DNA of 64,000 nt from an uncultured delta proteobacterium (GCA_963840855.1 CAWJBB010000010.1:1-64000); one strand, 5' to 3'; shown: positions 52,907-63,222, counted from the stretch's first letter. Numbers and translations: made by a program. The notes: generated by a model from the sequence alone, not told the origin.

Positions 52907-52922
52907 AACGCTCCGACTGCGC

Positions 52923-54383
52923 GTGATTGAGATGCCTGGAGAAGAAATTAAACTTGAGCGCATTGAGGAATTTCTCTGGGAGATTCCTAAGCAGGGTGGA
53001 ATGAGAGTGCCGGGGCGTATCTACGCCACGGAAAAGCTCATGTCCGGTTTAAAATCGGACAATAGTTTACGGCAAGTAATGAACGTCGCCCATCTGCCGG
53101 GTATCGTCGGATATTCTCTCGCTATGCCCGATATTCATTGGGGCTATGGTTTTCCCATCGGCGGTGTGGCAGCGCTGAACATCGACGGCGGTGTGATTTC
53201 CCCCGGCGGCGTGGGCTACGATATTAATTGAGGGGTGCGCCTGGTGAAGACCAGTTTGGTCTTCGAAGATGTAAAGGACCGGCTAGGCCGCATCGTCGAT
53301 ACGATTTTTTCGCTTATTCCCTCCGGCGTCGGCTCCGAAGGCGCGATCCCGAAACTTTCCAAGCAAGAAGAAAAGCGGCTTTTGCGCGACGGCGCAGGCT
53401 GGGCGGTGAACGCAGGCTACGGGCGCGACGAAGACCTCTCCTACATGGAAGAGGGTGGACGGTTGGCGGCGGCGGACGCCGATCTCGTCAGCGAGCGCGC
53501 TCTGGAACGCGGCCTTAAGCAGGTCGGGACTCTCGGATCGGGCAATCATTTTCTTGAGATCGGCCGCGTTGAAGAAATATATCTGCCCCAAACGGCGGAC
53601 GCGCTGGGCCTGTTCGCGGGCGAGATCGTCGTGTTGATCCACACCGGTTCGCGGGGCTTGGGTTACCAGGTTTGCGAGGACTCGCTCAAGATCATGAGCA
53701 AAGCGATGGCCAATTACCGCATCGAGCTGCCCGACAGGCAACTTGCCTGTGCGCCGATTCGATCACCGGAAGGGCAAGATTATCTCGCGTCGATGGCCGC
53801 GGCCGCGAATTATGCCTGGGCCAATCGCCAGGTCATCATGAGCCAAGCCGAGAAGGCATTCATGCAAGCGCTAGGCATCGGACCGAAGGAGCTAGGCTTC
53901 TCTCTCATCTACGATGTTTGCCACAACATCGCGAAGATCGAGGAACATGTTGTCGATGGCAAGAAGCAGCTGCTTTGCGTGCATCGCAAAGGCGCAACGC
54001 GCGCCTTCGCTCCGGGCCACCCGCAAATCCCCGCGGCATATCAAGACATCGGCCAGCCGGTGCTCATACCCGGCGATATGGGGCGCTATTCGTATCTGCT
54101 CGTCGGCGCTGATGCCGCCATGGAAAAAACCTTTGGCAGCACCTGTCACGGCGCCGGCAGAATGATGAGCCGCGCGCAATCGAAGAAGCAGAGCCAGGGC
54201 CTCAACATCGACCAGGAGATGGCGCGACGCGGAGTCATCGCCCGTTATCAAGGGCGCGGCACCATGGCCGAGGAGATGCCCCACGCCTACAAAGACGTCG
54301 CCGACGTCGTCGAGACCATGGACCTCGCCGGCATTTCGAAACGGGTAGCGCGCTTTCGGCCGGTCGGCGTCGTCAAAGGCTGA
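52923..54383 (+). CDS. rtcB: RNA ligase RtcB with an in-frame TGA at the metal-binding Cys; candidate selenoprotein
   Basis: The two track ORFs share one frame and are separated only by TGA 53229-53231 in GVGYDIN*GVRL. MPDIH, GSGNHF, HTGSRG, HN, HRKGA and HGAGR are intact. Confidence 0.93.
53245..53265 (+). promoter_or_regulatory. SECIS-like hairpin downstream of the rtcB UGA
   Basis: GAAGACCA-GTT-TGGTCTTC: perfect 8-bp stem starting after a 14-nt spacer from the TGA, with GU in the apical loop. Confidence 0.6.
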
Positions 54384-54391
54384 GACGCCGC

Positions 54392-54495
54392 GTTCCATAG
54401 GTTCCAGTCGTTTCAAACGTTCCAATCGTTCGAACCGATCCCCGGATGTTGCCGACAGGTGGAACGGCTGGAACGTTTGGAACTATTTGAACGGC
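54392..54495. repeat. GTTCCA nonamer inverted repeat
   Basis: GTTCCATAGGTTCCAGTCGTTTCAAACGTTCCAATCG ... TGGAACGGCTGGAACGTTTGGAACTATTTGAAC. Confidence 0.8.
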
Positions 54496-54572
54496 GTACT
54501 TGCGATGAATTTGACAACCCGCCCCGTAGCGCGATACGTTCCGTCTAATGATTACGATCAAGGAGGGCGACT

Positions 54573-54929
54573 ATGGATTTCACTAATTTGAACCAAAGGA
54601 TCGGCGAGGCGCGGGAGCAAAAAATCCGCAACAGCCATCTCTTCGGCACCGAGAATTTCCGCTCCTGGATGCTCTACTTCCAGCCGGGCGACTGTACGCC
54701 GATGCACTTCCATCAAAATCCTGAATCGTTTCTAATCGTCCGAGGCAAATGTTCAGTCAAGGACATCAAGGGCGGCGAGCGCATACTCGAAAAAGACGAC
54801 ATCGTTTTCTTCGGCGCGAAAGAATACTATCAGCTCACCAGCGTGGGAGCCGAGCCGCTGGTGATGTTCGGCAACCGCTCGGAGCCTTTCGGTATCGGCA
54901 TTACGCGCGCGGCAGAACAAAAGTCTTGA
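54573..54929 (+). CDS. Cupin domain protein
   Basis: PGDCTPMHFHQNPESFLIVRG. Confidence 0.8.
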   Translation: MDFTNLNQRIGEAREQKIRNSHLFGTENFRSWMLYFQPGDCTPMHFHQNPESFLIVRGKCSVKDIKGGERILEKDDIVFFGAKEYYQLTSVGAEPLVMFGNRSEPFGIGITRAAEQKS

Positions 54930-54981
54930 ACAGTCCGGGAAGTTTTTTCAATTAACGTCAAACCAAACTGAGGAGGGGATC

Positions 54982-55374
54982 ATGCCTAAGCTGAAACATT
55001 TGGCCATTCGCACGGAGGATACGGGGAAACTCGCGTCGTTTTACATGGACGTTTTTGAGATGCAGATGCTGCACAAAGCAAAAGAAGAAGGCGGCGCTAT
55101 CTTTCTCACTGACGGATACTTTAACCTCGCCATTCTGCCCAATAACGAGCAGAACGCGCCCAACGGGCTCTATCATTTCGGTTTCGAGGTCGAAAGCGGC
55201 GAGAAGATCGTCGATCGTATGAAAAAGATTAATCCCAACAAATTGCCCAAGGGGCGCCCCAACGGGCGGCCCTACGCCGAGACCCGCGGCTCCGATCCCG
55301 ACGGAAACTATTTCGACATATCGGAGCATGGCTTTTCGGTCGCCGTGCCCCTGGGCGAAAAACCGAGCAATTAA
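54982..55374 (+). CDS. VOC/glyoxalase family protein
   Basis: LKHLAI, GLYHFGF, DPDGNYFDISE. Confidence 0.88.
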   Translation: MPKLKHLAIRTEDTGKLASFYMDVFEMQMLHKAKEEGGAIFLTDGYFNLAILPNNEQNAPNGLYHFGFEVESGEKIVDRMKKINPNKLPKGRPNGRPYAETRGSDPDGNYFDISEHGFSVAVPLGEKPSN

Positions 55375-55383
55375 CGCCCACTC

Positions 55384-55468
55384 GTTCGGAATGGTTCCAG
55401 TCGTTCCAAACGTTTCTCTGAAAGTCCGGCGACTTGAACGATTGGAACGACTGGAACTATTTGAACGG
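55384..55468. repeat. GTTCCA nonamer inverted repeat
   Basis: GTTCCAGTCGTTCCAAACG ... TTGAACGATTGGAACGACTGGAACTATTTGAAC; near copy of 54392-54495. Confidence 0.8.
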
Positions 55469-55482
55469 CGAAGTGATCCCAG

Positions 55483-56558
55483 ATGGGCACACGAACGTTG
55501 GACCAGCGGAGCCAAGCGCCGGCGATAACGAAAAACAAAAATCGCCGTGCGTTTGGGCTCTTTGCGTTTCTTTGGTTATTAACGGCTAGTTTGCTACCGA
55601 CCTTCTGTGCGCCGCGGTTCGTGACAGCGCAAGTCAAATCAAACCTGTCCTCCAGCGTCACCAGCGAAAGCGCGGCCCACATCTGGATGGCCCAGGACCG
55701 GAGCCTTTTCAAAAAGTATGGCCTGGAAATGCAGTTCATTCTCATGCCGCGCAATCCTCTGGCCGTAGCGGCATTGGTGGCCGGCGAAATAGACGCGGCG
55801 ATCATCGGTCCCGGCCATCTCGTCAATGCCGGGCTCAGCGGCGCGGATCTCATCGGCATCGCCAATTTCCATCAGAAGCTAGACTTCCGGCTCAACGCGC
55901 GGCCCGAGATAAAGAAGCCGGAAGATCTCCGCGGCAAGCGGGTCGCCATCAGCGGCCCGGGTTCTACCTCGCATCTTGTGTCGATGTTGTCCTTGCAGGG
56001 TCTGAACATCGACCCGGTACAGGCGCGAATATCTTTTTTGACCATCCCGGGAACTGAAGCGAACCGGCGGCTCGCGCTTGAAACCAACGCCGTGGACGCG
56101 ACCACGCTCAGAGGCGCGATGGGCGATCTCTATGGTAACAAAGGTTACAACGTCCTTTATAATTTGAAGAAAACGGGCGCGACCTTGCCGCAAAACATGA
56201 TGGTCACGACCCGGCGCATCGCGGCCGCCAAGCCGCAGGTGATCGAAGGTTATTTGAAAGCGTTGGTCGAAGCCATCGCGCTTACCCTCGATCCCGCCAA
56301 CAAGGAGCTGGTCATGCAAACTGATCGCATCGAAACTGCGCTTGAGCAACCCGCTGATGTCGAGGAGTCATACAATTCCGTCATTGACTCGTTTGAGCGC
56401 GCGCCGCATACAACTTGGAAGGAATGAAACGGCTGCAAAAGATATTGGCGCAGATCAATCCCAAGATTTCCGAAGTGCGCGTCGAGAACATCATCGATAG
56501 CTCCTTCATGAACAAGCTGGAGACCTCCGGGTTCATCCAGAGCCTGTACAAGAAATAG
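55483..56558 (+). CDS. ABC substrate-binding protein (NMT1/SsuA-like; frameshifts near the 3' end)
   Basis: FKKYGLE, ALVAGEID, DLRGKRVAI; the C-terminus IDSSFMNKLETSGFI is in another frame. Confidence 0.8.
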
Positions 56559-56614
56559 CTCGCCCACAACGGCAGTTTGCCTCTCCGTAATAATCCTTTC
56601 GTGACGGTTTAAAC

Positions 56615-58081
56615 ATGAAAACAGAAAGTATTCCGGTAATTGTCGTTGGCGGCGGCAGCGCCGCCTTTGAAGCGGCGGTGGCGGCCAAGCAAGCCGGCGC
56701 GCCCAAGGTCGTGATGCTCGAGAAAGCGCCGGAGCCGGAGTTTGGCGGCAACGCGCGCTATTCGCACACGGGGTTCCGCTGGGTTTTTTCCGGCGCCGAC
56801 GAGATTCGCCGGTTCCTGCCGGAGGTGGACGATGCCATGTTTGAAAAACTGCATCTTCCCGCCTACTCGGCTGAACAATTTCACGCCGATCTACAACGGG
56901 TTACCCGCGGCCGCATCGACAAGCAACTCGCTGACGTTCTGGTGCAGCAGTCCAATACGGCGATCCATTGGATGCGCGAGCTGGGGATAAAATGGGAGAT
57001 CGACAGCCACGTCGTAATCGACGGACGCTATTATTTCGAGCCCGGCCTGGTGATCCATCCGGTGGGCGGTATGAGCGGCGGTTTAGGACAACTCGGGCAG
57101 TGGCGCGAGATTGCGACGCGCATGGGAGTCGAGATTCGCTATGAATCGAAAGTGCGCCAGATGCTCGGCAACGAGCGCAGAATCGAAGGCGTCGTCGTTT
57201 CCGACCCCAATGAAGAGTACGAGGCGCGCAGCGGTTCGATTATTCTCTGCGCCGGCGGCTATCAGGCTAACGCGGAGATGCGCGCGCGTTACCTCGGCGC
57301 CAACGCCGATCTGATGAAGGTGCGCGGCAGCCGCCATGACACGGGCGAAGTGCTGATGATGACGCTGGGGCTAGGCGCGAAAGCGGCGGGCCACTGGCAG
57401 GGCGCCCACGCCACGCCCATTGACTCGACTTTTCCTGACGTGGAAATCGGTAGCAAAGCGAACCGCTACGGTTATCCCTACGGCATCACCGTCAATTCAC
57501 TGGGCCAGCGCTTTTTTGACGAAGGCGAGGCGCGCCATTCTTATACCTACGCCAAGACCGGTTGGGCGGTGCTCGGTCAGCCCGGCGGCGTGGCGTATCA
57601 AATTTATGACCAGAAAACCATTCCGCTACTTGCAGACAGATACCAAACGGCCACGCCCATTGAAGCGGGCACCATCGATGAGCTCGCCACGAAGGTCGGC
57701 ATCGAGCCGGCAATACTGAATCACACCATCGCGGAATTCAATAATTCGGTCCGCAAAGATGTGACCTTCGACGTGACCAAGCTGGACGGCAAGTGCACCG
57801 AAGGCATCACGCCAAAGAAATCGAACTGGGCAAGTCCCATCGACAAACCTCCCTACTGGGCGTTTTCCATCACCGGCGGTATCACGTTTACTTTCGGCGG
57901 CCTGCAAATCAACGAAAGCGCCCAGGTGCTCAACACGTCGGGCAAACCAATCCGCGGCCTGTACGCCTCCGGCGACATCGTCGGGCTATTCTTCCACAAT
58001 TATCCATCCTGCACCGGGCAGACGCGCAACGTCGTTTTCTCGCGCCTGGCGGGACGACACGCGGCGGCACAAGGGTTGTAG
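56615..58081 (+). CDS. TcuA-family FAD-dependent dehydrogenase
   Basis: VVGGGSA, LEKAPE, GGNARYS, GQRFFDEG, GITFTFGG, GLFFHNYP. Confidence 0.85.
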   Translation: MKTESIPVIVVGGGSAAFEAAVAAKQAGAPKVVMLEKAPEPEFGGNARYSHTGFRWVFSGADEIRRFLPEVDDAMFEKLHLPAYSAEQFHADLQRVTRGRIDKQLADVLVQQSNTAIHWMRELGIKWEIDSHVVIDGRYYFEPGLVIHPVGGMSGGLGQLGQWREIATRMGVEIRYESKVRQMLGNERRIEGVVVSDPNEEYEARSGSIILCAGGYQANAEMRARYLGANADLMKVRGSRHDTGEVLMMTLGLGAKAAGHWQGAHATPIDSTFPDVEIGSKANRYGYPYGITVNSLGQRFFDEGEARHSYTYAKTGWAVLGQPGGVAYQIYDQKTIPLLADRYQTATPIEAGTIDELATKVGIEPAILNHTIAEFNNSVRKDVTFDVTKLDGKCTEGITPKKSNWASPIDKPPYWAFSITGGITFTFGGLQINESAQVLNTSGKPIRGLYASGDIVGLFFHNYPSCTGQTRNVVFSRLAGRHAAAQGL

Positions 58082-58149
58082 GCTGCGGCACCGCGCAGAT
58101 TTCCGATTTCAAAAGCAAAATCTAGCAAGGTTTAGAGAGCGGCGAGCTG

Positions 58150-58230
58150 CCCGGAGTCCGGCGTGCGGTGTGCAGAGTCTGATTCTTCCGAAGTAACAAC
58201 GCTGGACGCGAGACTCTGGACTCGAGACTA
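58150..58230. repeat. GTCC/GGAC heptad inverted repeat
   Basis: CCGGAGTCCGGCGTGCGGTGTGCAGAGTC ... GGACGCGAGACTCTGGACTCGAGAC. Confidence 0.6.
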
Positions 58231-58316
58231 TTTTCAGCCGGCTTTGGCTGCTCTCGTGGCCACGCTGACCGCGTGGCAAGTACACACAAGCGACAAGGTG
58301 GAGCAACGAAACATCA

Positions 58317-58432
58317 ATGAGCGAGCTCACCAATCTCCGGGAGCGGTTGCCTAGTATCCTCAAAGCGCTCTCAGTCGGCATTTTGGCAGGCTATCTGTTC
58401 GACCGCCTCGACGCTCCGGTTCCCTGGATGGG
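58317..58432 (+). pseudogene. N-terminal remnant of an AbrB-family (AidB regulator-like) membrane protein
   Basis: GILAGYLFDRLDAPVPWMG resembles the first AbrB membrane repeat; similarity then ends. Confidence 0.45.
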
Positions 58433-58548
58433 CGTGAGCGAGCGACACGTTATCTTGAGCCGGGCCTCGGGGTGGTTATGGTCAACATGGGTACCCAGTA
58501 TGTCTACTCCTGCGCTCCTCTATCTGAAATTCAGGAATTTGTGCCTAC

Positions 58549-59541
58549 TTAATCTCTGCTGGCTTTTGCTTCCTTGGCGGCCTTGGTGAGGGCGGGGACG
58601 ATTTCAAAGAGATCGCCGACGACGCCGATATGGGCTACGCCAAAGATCGGCGCGTTGGGGTCTTTGTTGATGGCGATGATGCGGTGGGAGTCGCGCATGC
58701 CTGTCAGGTGTTGAATGGCGCCCGAGATGCCGCAGGCGACGTAGACCTTCGGCGTGACGGTTCTTCCCGAGGCGCCCACTTGCCTTTCGCGCGGCAACCA
58801 GCCGACGTCCACCACCGGGCGCGAGCAAGCCAACACTCCACCCAACGCTTCGGCCAGCTCGGCAATGACCGAGATCTTTTCTTCGGTGCCGATGCCACGA
58901 CCTACGGAAACGACGATTTCCGCCTTGGTAATATCCACATCGCCGGCAGGCTCCTCGGAAATCGCCAACACTCGGCTGCGCGCAGGAATGCTCGCGACAT
59001 CAACGGAGACCGACTCGATGGCGGCTTGTTTGGCCGAGGGTTCGATGGCCGTGAACGAACCTTTCTGCAGCGCGATGACCGCGCTGTCATTGCCGGCCAA
59101 CGCCACGTGCGCGTGCAGCGTGCTGTCGAAAATCGGCCGCGTGACGATGACCGCTCCGTTCTCCAGCTTTACATTTACGCAATTGGTCAATGCATTCATG
59201 CCCAAATGGACGGCAATGGCTGGCGTTAACTCCATGCCGGCGAGACTGTAGCCGACGAGCACGAAGCGCGGTTCCATTGGCCGCGCCACCTGGGCGATGA
59301 CGCGCGCCTGCACCTCGCCGGCCGCGGAGGCCAATGCGGGACTTTCGACTAGGACGATTTTGTCCATGCCGTGACCCTGCAGCGCCGGGATGACGCCATT
59401 CAGTTGATGGCCGGTGGCGAGGGCAACCAAATTCACCTCGAGTTGGTCCGCCAATTGGCGGCCGGCGGCGAGCAGTTGTAATGTGATGGAATCGACTTTG
59501 CCGTCGACGTGTTCGACCAAAACGACAATATCGCCTGCCAT
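58549..59541 (-). CDS. etfA: Electron transfer flavoprotein alpha subunit
   Basis: VSVGRG, SRPVVD, QVGASG, GISGAIQH, AINKD. Confidence 0.95.
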   Translation of the reverse strand: MAGDIVVLVEHVDGKVDSITLQLLAAGRQLADQLEVNLVALATGHQLNGVIPALQGHGMDKIVLVESPALASAAGEVQARVIAQVARPMEPRFVLVGYSLAGMELTPAIAVHLGMNALTNCVNVKLENGAVIVTRPIFDSTLHAHVALAGNDSAVIALQKGSFTAIEPSAKQAAIESVSVDVASIPARSRVLAISEEPAGDVDITKAEIVVSVGRGIGTEEKISVIAELAEALGGVLACSRPVVDVGWLPRERQVGASGRTVTPKVYVACGISGAIQHLTGMRDSHRIIAINKDPNAPIFGVAHIGVVGDLFEIVPALTKAAKEAKASRD

Positions 59542-60308
59542 CAGCGGCTCTCCTGAATTTTATTGAGCAGCGCGTCGGCGATATCCAGCGCGCTTCCCTG
59601 AAGCAGTTCCACTTGATGAGCTCGTTCAGGGGGCTGAACAGCGACGATACGGTAGCCTTCGGCCGCTAGTTGATTGCCCTGCAAGCCAAGGTCGGCCAAG
59701 GAGAGCGAACTAACCGGTTGCTGGCGCGCTCGAATGCGGCGCGCCGGCGGAACGAAAGTAAGCGGCTGGATTCCGGTTTGGATGCAGAGCAGTGCGGGCA
59801 ACTGTAACTCCACCTCGGCATAGCGGCCACCGCCGAGTTCTTTGCGCGCTTTGATAGTTCCGTCATCCATGACATCGACGCCGACCACGGCATAGGCGAA
59901 CGGTAGTCCGAGTTGGCTCGCCGCCGCGATGCCCACTTGGCCGCCGAGAGTGTCGCGCGCCTGAGTGCCCGTTAGGACCAGATCGAATTGCAGCTTCTTC
60001 AATGCCGCCGCCAGAGCGGCGCTGGCAACCCGTGGATCGTGGTTGTCACAGTCTACCCGCACCGCCTTGTCGGCGCCTTTGGCCAGGGCGTAGTACAAGA
60101 CATCCTGCGACTTGATACTTCCCATGGAAATCGCTGTGATCTGGCCGCCATGGGCTTTCTTGAGCACCAGCGCTTCTTCAAGGGCGTATTCATCGCACTC
60201 GTTAATGGCCAGCAGTTGGCCCTGGTACTGGAGCGATTTTCCATCCGCAGCGATTTTGAGGTCCGTCACCAGTCCCGGCACGGATTTGCAGCAAACCACG
60301 ATGTTCAT
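59541..60308 (-). CDS. etfB: Electron transfer flavoprotein beta subunit
   Basis: NIVVCCKSVP, NECDEYALEEA, GADKA, GTQARD. Confidence 0.93.
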   Translation of the reverse strand: MNIVVCCKSVPGLVTDLKIAADGKSLQYQGQLLAINECDEYALEEALVLKKAHGGQITAISMGSIKSQDVLYYALAKGADKAVRVDCDNHDPRVASAALAAALKKLQFDLVLTGTQARDTLGGQVGIAAASQLGLPFAYAVVGVDVMDDGTIKARKELGGGRYAEVELQLPALLCIQTGIQPLTFVPPARRIRARQQPVSSLSLADLGLQGNQLAAEGYRIVAVQPPERAHQVELLQGSALDIADALLNKIQESR

Positions 60309-60321
60309 CAACACTCACTTT

Positions 60322-60398
60322 CGTTCGTTGGTTCAAGCCGTTCAATCTGGTTCAAGTCGTTCCAGACGTTTTGAACATTTTGAACGGCTTGAACGGAC
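60322..60398. repeat. GTTCAA nonamer inverted repeat
   Basis: GTTCAAGCCGTTCAATCTGGTTCAAGTCGTTCCAG ... TTGAACATTTTGAACGGCTTGAAC. Confidence 0.8.
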
Positions 60399-60426
60399 TG
60401 ACACACCACTCCTCACTCCAACTCTC

Positions 60427-61921
60427 TTATCGGCCCGCCGCATTCGTACCTGCAATCTTTCCGGTTACGGCGCCGCGCAACAGGCCCGAGCCGCTCGGGT
60501 AGTTGTAATAGAAAAAGCCCGCGGTCAGCTCACCGGCGGCGTACAATCCGCCAATCGGCCGGTCGGCTTTGTTGAGCACCCGGCAATCCGTGTCGATCTT
60601 CAGACCGCCATAGGTGAACGTCAGCCCGCAGGTTGCGGCGTACGCAGTGTACGGCGGCTTGTCCAGTTTCTGAGACCAATTGGTTTTTGGCGGATAGATG
60701 CCTTTGGTCGCTCTGCCGTCGCGGACCACTTCGTTGAAAGGGCGATCTTCTTGGACCGCGCGGTTGAATTCATCCACCGTCTTCTCTAGAGCATCCGGAT
60801 TGATTTCCAGCATTTCGGCCAACTCTCGGATGGAGTTCGCTTTCACCTCAGCCGCGCCCTCGTATAAATACCGTTTCACGGAGTCCTCAAGTTTTTGGTC
60901 GAAAATCTGATACGCGATGCCGCCCGGCTGTTTGAGAATCTCCGCGCCCGTCTTTGCGTACGTGTAAGCGTGGAAATCTTCACCCTCGTCAATGAAACGG
61001 CGCCCTTCCGTGTTGACCATGATGCCCAGCGTCCAGGCGTATCGATGGGTGCGGTTGCGGCGGTTGGCCGGATCGAGAAAACCGCCTTCATAATCTCCCG
61101 CGTCCGCGTCAATCGGCGTCGCGTGGCCGCCGCTCCAGTGGCCGAACGGTTGGGCGCCGATGTCCAGAGCCATCTGGATGCCGTCGCCGGTGTTGTATTT
61201 CGTCCCACGCACTTTCGCCAGATCCCAGCCGGCGCCGAGGAACTGCGCGCGCATGGCCGGATTGGCGGAAAACCCGCCGCTGGCCAATACCAGCGCCTTG
61301 CAATCGATCGTGCCCTTGCCGTCCGGTGTCTCGACGCCCAGCCCCGTGACTCTGCCCCGCTCGTCGGTAAGGATACAGCGAGGCGGCAGTTTCAAAGCGC
61401 ACGGCGATGCCCTTGCTTTTGACGATGCCGTACCACATCTCGACCAGACCGCCGCCGCCGTCTTTGGAATTGATAAAGCTGCTGCCGTGGTGCCAACTGA
61501 AGCGCCCACCCACAGGTTTCGCCAGGTTATAGAGAATTTCCCACTGGATGCCCATTTCGCGCATCCATTTGACCGTCGGATAGGATTCGTTCACCAGCAG
61601 TTCCGCCAATTCTGGAACGGAGCGCCCGCGCGTGACGCGCATGATGTCGGAATAGAAATCGTCCTTTGTGTACGCCGGCAAATCGATTTTCGCCCATTCG
61701 CTCTCGGGGACGTGGGGGAGCAGTGGTTTCTCATCGGGAATGCCGTTGTGCACATGGCGAAATTGCGCGCCATGGCTAAACCAGGTGTTGCCGCCCTTTT
61801 TCTTTTCCGGGGCCTTTTCCAGCACCAGGACTTTCGCGCCGGCGACATGCGCCGCCACCGCTGCCGCCTGTGCGGCGTTGCCAAGTCCGACGACGATTAC
61901 GTCGTAATTCTCTGTCTTCAT
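60427..61921 (-). CDS. Second TcuA-family FAD dehydrogenase (frameshift near 61385)
   Basis: VVGLGNA, LEKAPE, GGNTWFS, GRRFIDEG, GLTFTYGG, GFFYYNYP. Confidence 0.85.
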
Positions 61922-62149
61922 GGGTTTTCCTCCACGTTCTCTTGTTTAAGGGTTCCTGCTTACCGCAAGTGATTTGTGCGATGCAGAATGAATGACGCCT
62001 CGCGCAAAATCGGTGGGCGACAACATAGGTTTTCCTATTCCTTTCGGCAAAAAACTGCAAACGCGCCGACGAGCCTGCTCCGGGAAAAGGTCGGATTCGA
62101 TTGAAATTCTCTGCGGGTAAGAATAATAAGAATCAGGCAAGAGGGGGCA

Positions 62150-63222
62150 ATGGGTATTCGGCGCATTGGCGAAAGTAGATTTAGAGGTATTCAGTTCTGG
62201 GCTATGATTTTGCTTGGGATCGCGCTCCCGGCACGGGCGCCGGCGCAGGGCGCCAAGCCGTTTTACGACGGCAAAACCATTCAAGTCGTCGTCTCGAGCG
62301 GCGCCGGCGCCACGACGGATTTCACCGCGCGCCTTGTCGCCCGTTACCTGGGAAAATATATCCCGGGAAATCCCAACATCGTTGCTCACAATATGCCCGG
62401 CGGCGGAGGCCTGGTAGGGGCTAATTACGTATACAACGTTTCCAAGCCCGATGGCCTGACGATCCTGGCGGTGAGCCGGGCGAACTACATGGAGCAAATG
62501 ATCGGGCGGCCCGAGGTCAAGGCCGATTTTCGTCAAGTTCAGTTGGCTCGGCAGTTTCAATAAAACGCCCATGATGGCGGCCTGCCGCTCGGACACGCCT
62601 TACAAGAGCATCGCCGCTATACGCGCGGCAAAAACCCCGCCCCGTTTCGGTCAATCGGGCACGGGCAGTATCAGTTACGTTTTCGGCAGGTTGGTCGAAA
62701 GCATTTTCGACGTGAAATTTAAGAACGTCACGGGTTTTCAATCGGCGCGGGAGACCGATCTGGGAATGGAACGCGGTGAGGTCGATTGTCGCGCGAGCTC
62801 CGATCTTACCGTGATCCGCCCGCCATGGAACCGCTGGGTCAAGGAGAAGATACGTCACTTTTATTTTGCAACAGGGGCCCGAGAAGAGCGATCTGATACC
62901 GCCGGTGCCGACCGTGTACGAATTGGCGCCGCCGGAAGCCAAGCCGAAGGTGGATTTGATGAGCGTCATGCTCGCCTTTACCGAATTCGACAGGCCCTTT
63001 GCCGCCCCTCCGGGCGTGGCGAAAGAAAGATTGCAAATATTGCGCGACGGCTTTCTAAAAATGCTCAAAGACAGAGAATTTATCACCGAGGGAAAAAACT
63101 TGCTCGACTGGGACGGGATTTCCCACCTCGACGGCGAGCAATTACAAAAAAAGATCGAAGCGACCATGAATCAGCCGCCCGATGTAATAAAACGCATCAA
63201 GGAAATCCTGACAGAGTCGTAA
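62150..63222 (+). CDS. Tripartite tricarboxylate transporter substrate-binding protein (Bug/TctC), two frameshifts
   Basis: FYDGKTI, PGNPNIV, NMPGGGG, KPDGLT, MERGEVD, RPFAAPPG. Confidence 0.85.

Noticed and set aside
47508-60398. GTTCAA/TTGAAC arrays as CRISPR repeats
   Set aside because: Units are 7-9 nt with no unique spacers of about 30-40 nt, and there are no cas genes in the window.
27957-63222. Frameshifts in about ten genes (ArnT-like, UPF0182, FAD oxidase, methyltransferase, substrate-binding proteins, TcuA, TctC) as programmed frameshifting or mass pseudogenisation
   Set aside because: They are scattered single-base indels with otherwise intact motifs and no slippery-site pattern. 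Uncorrected long-read error is the simplest explanation.
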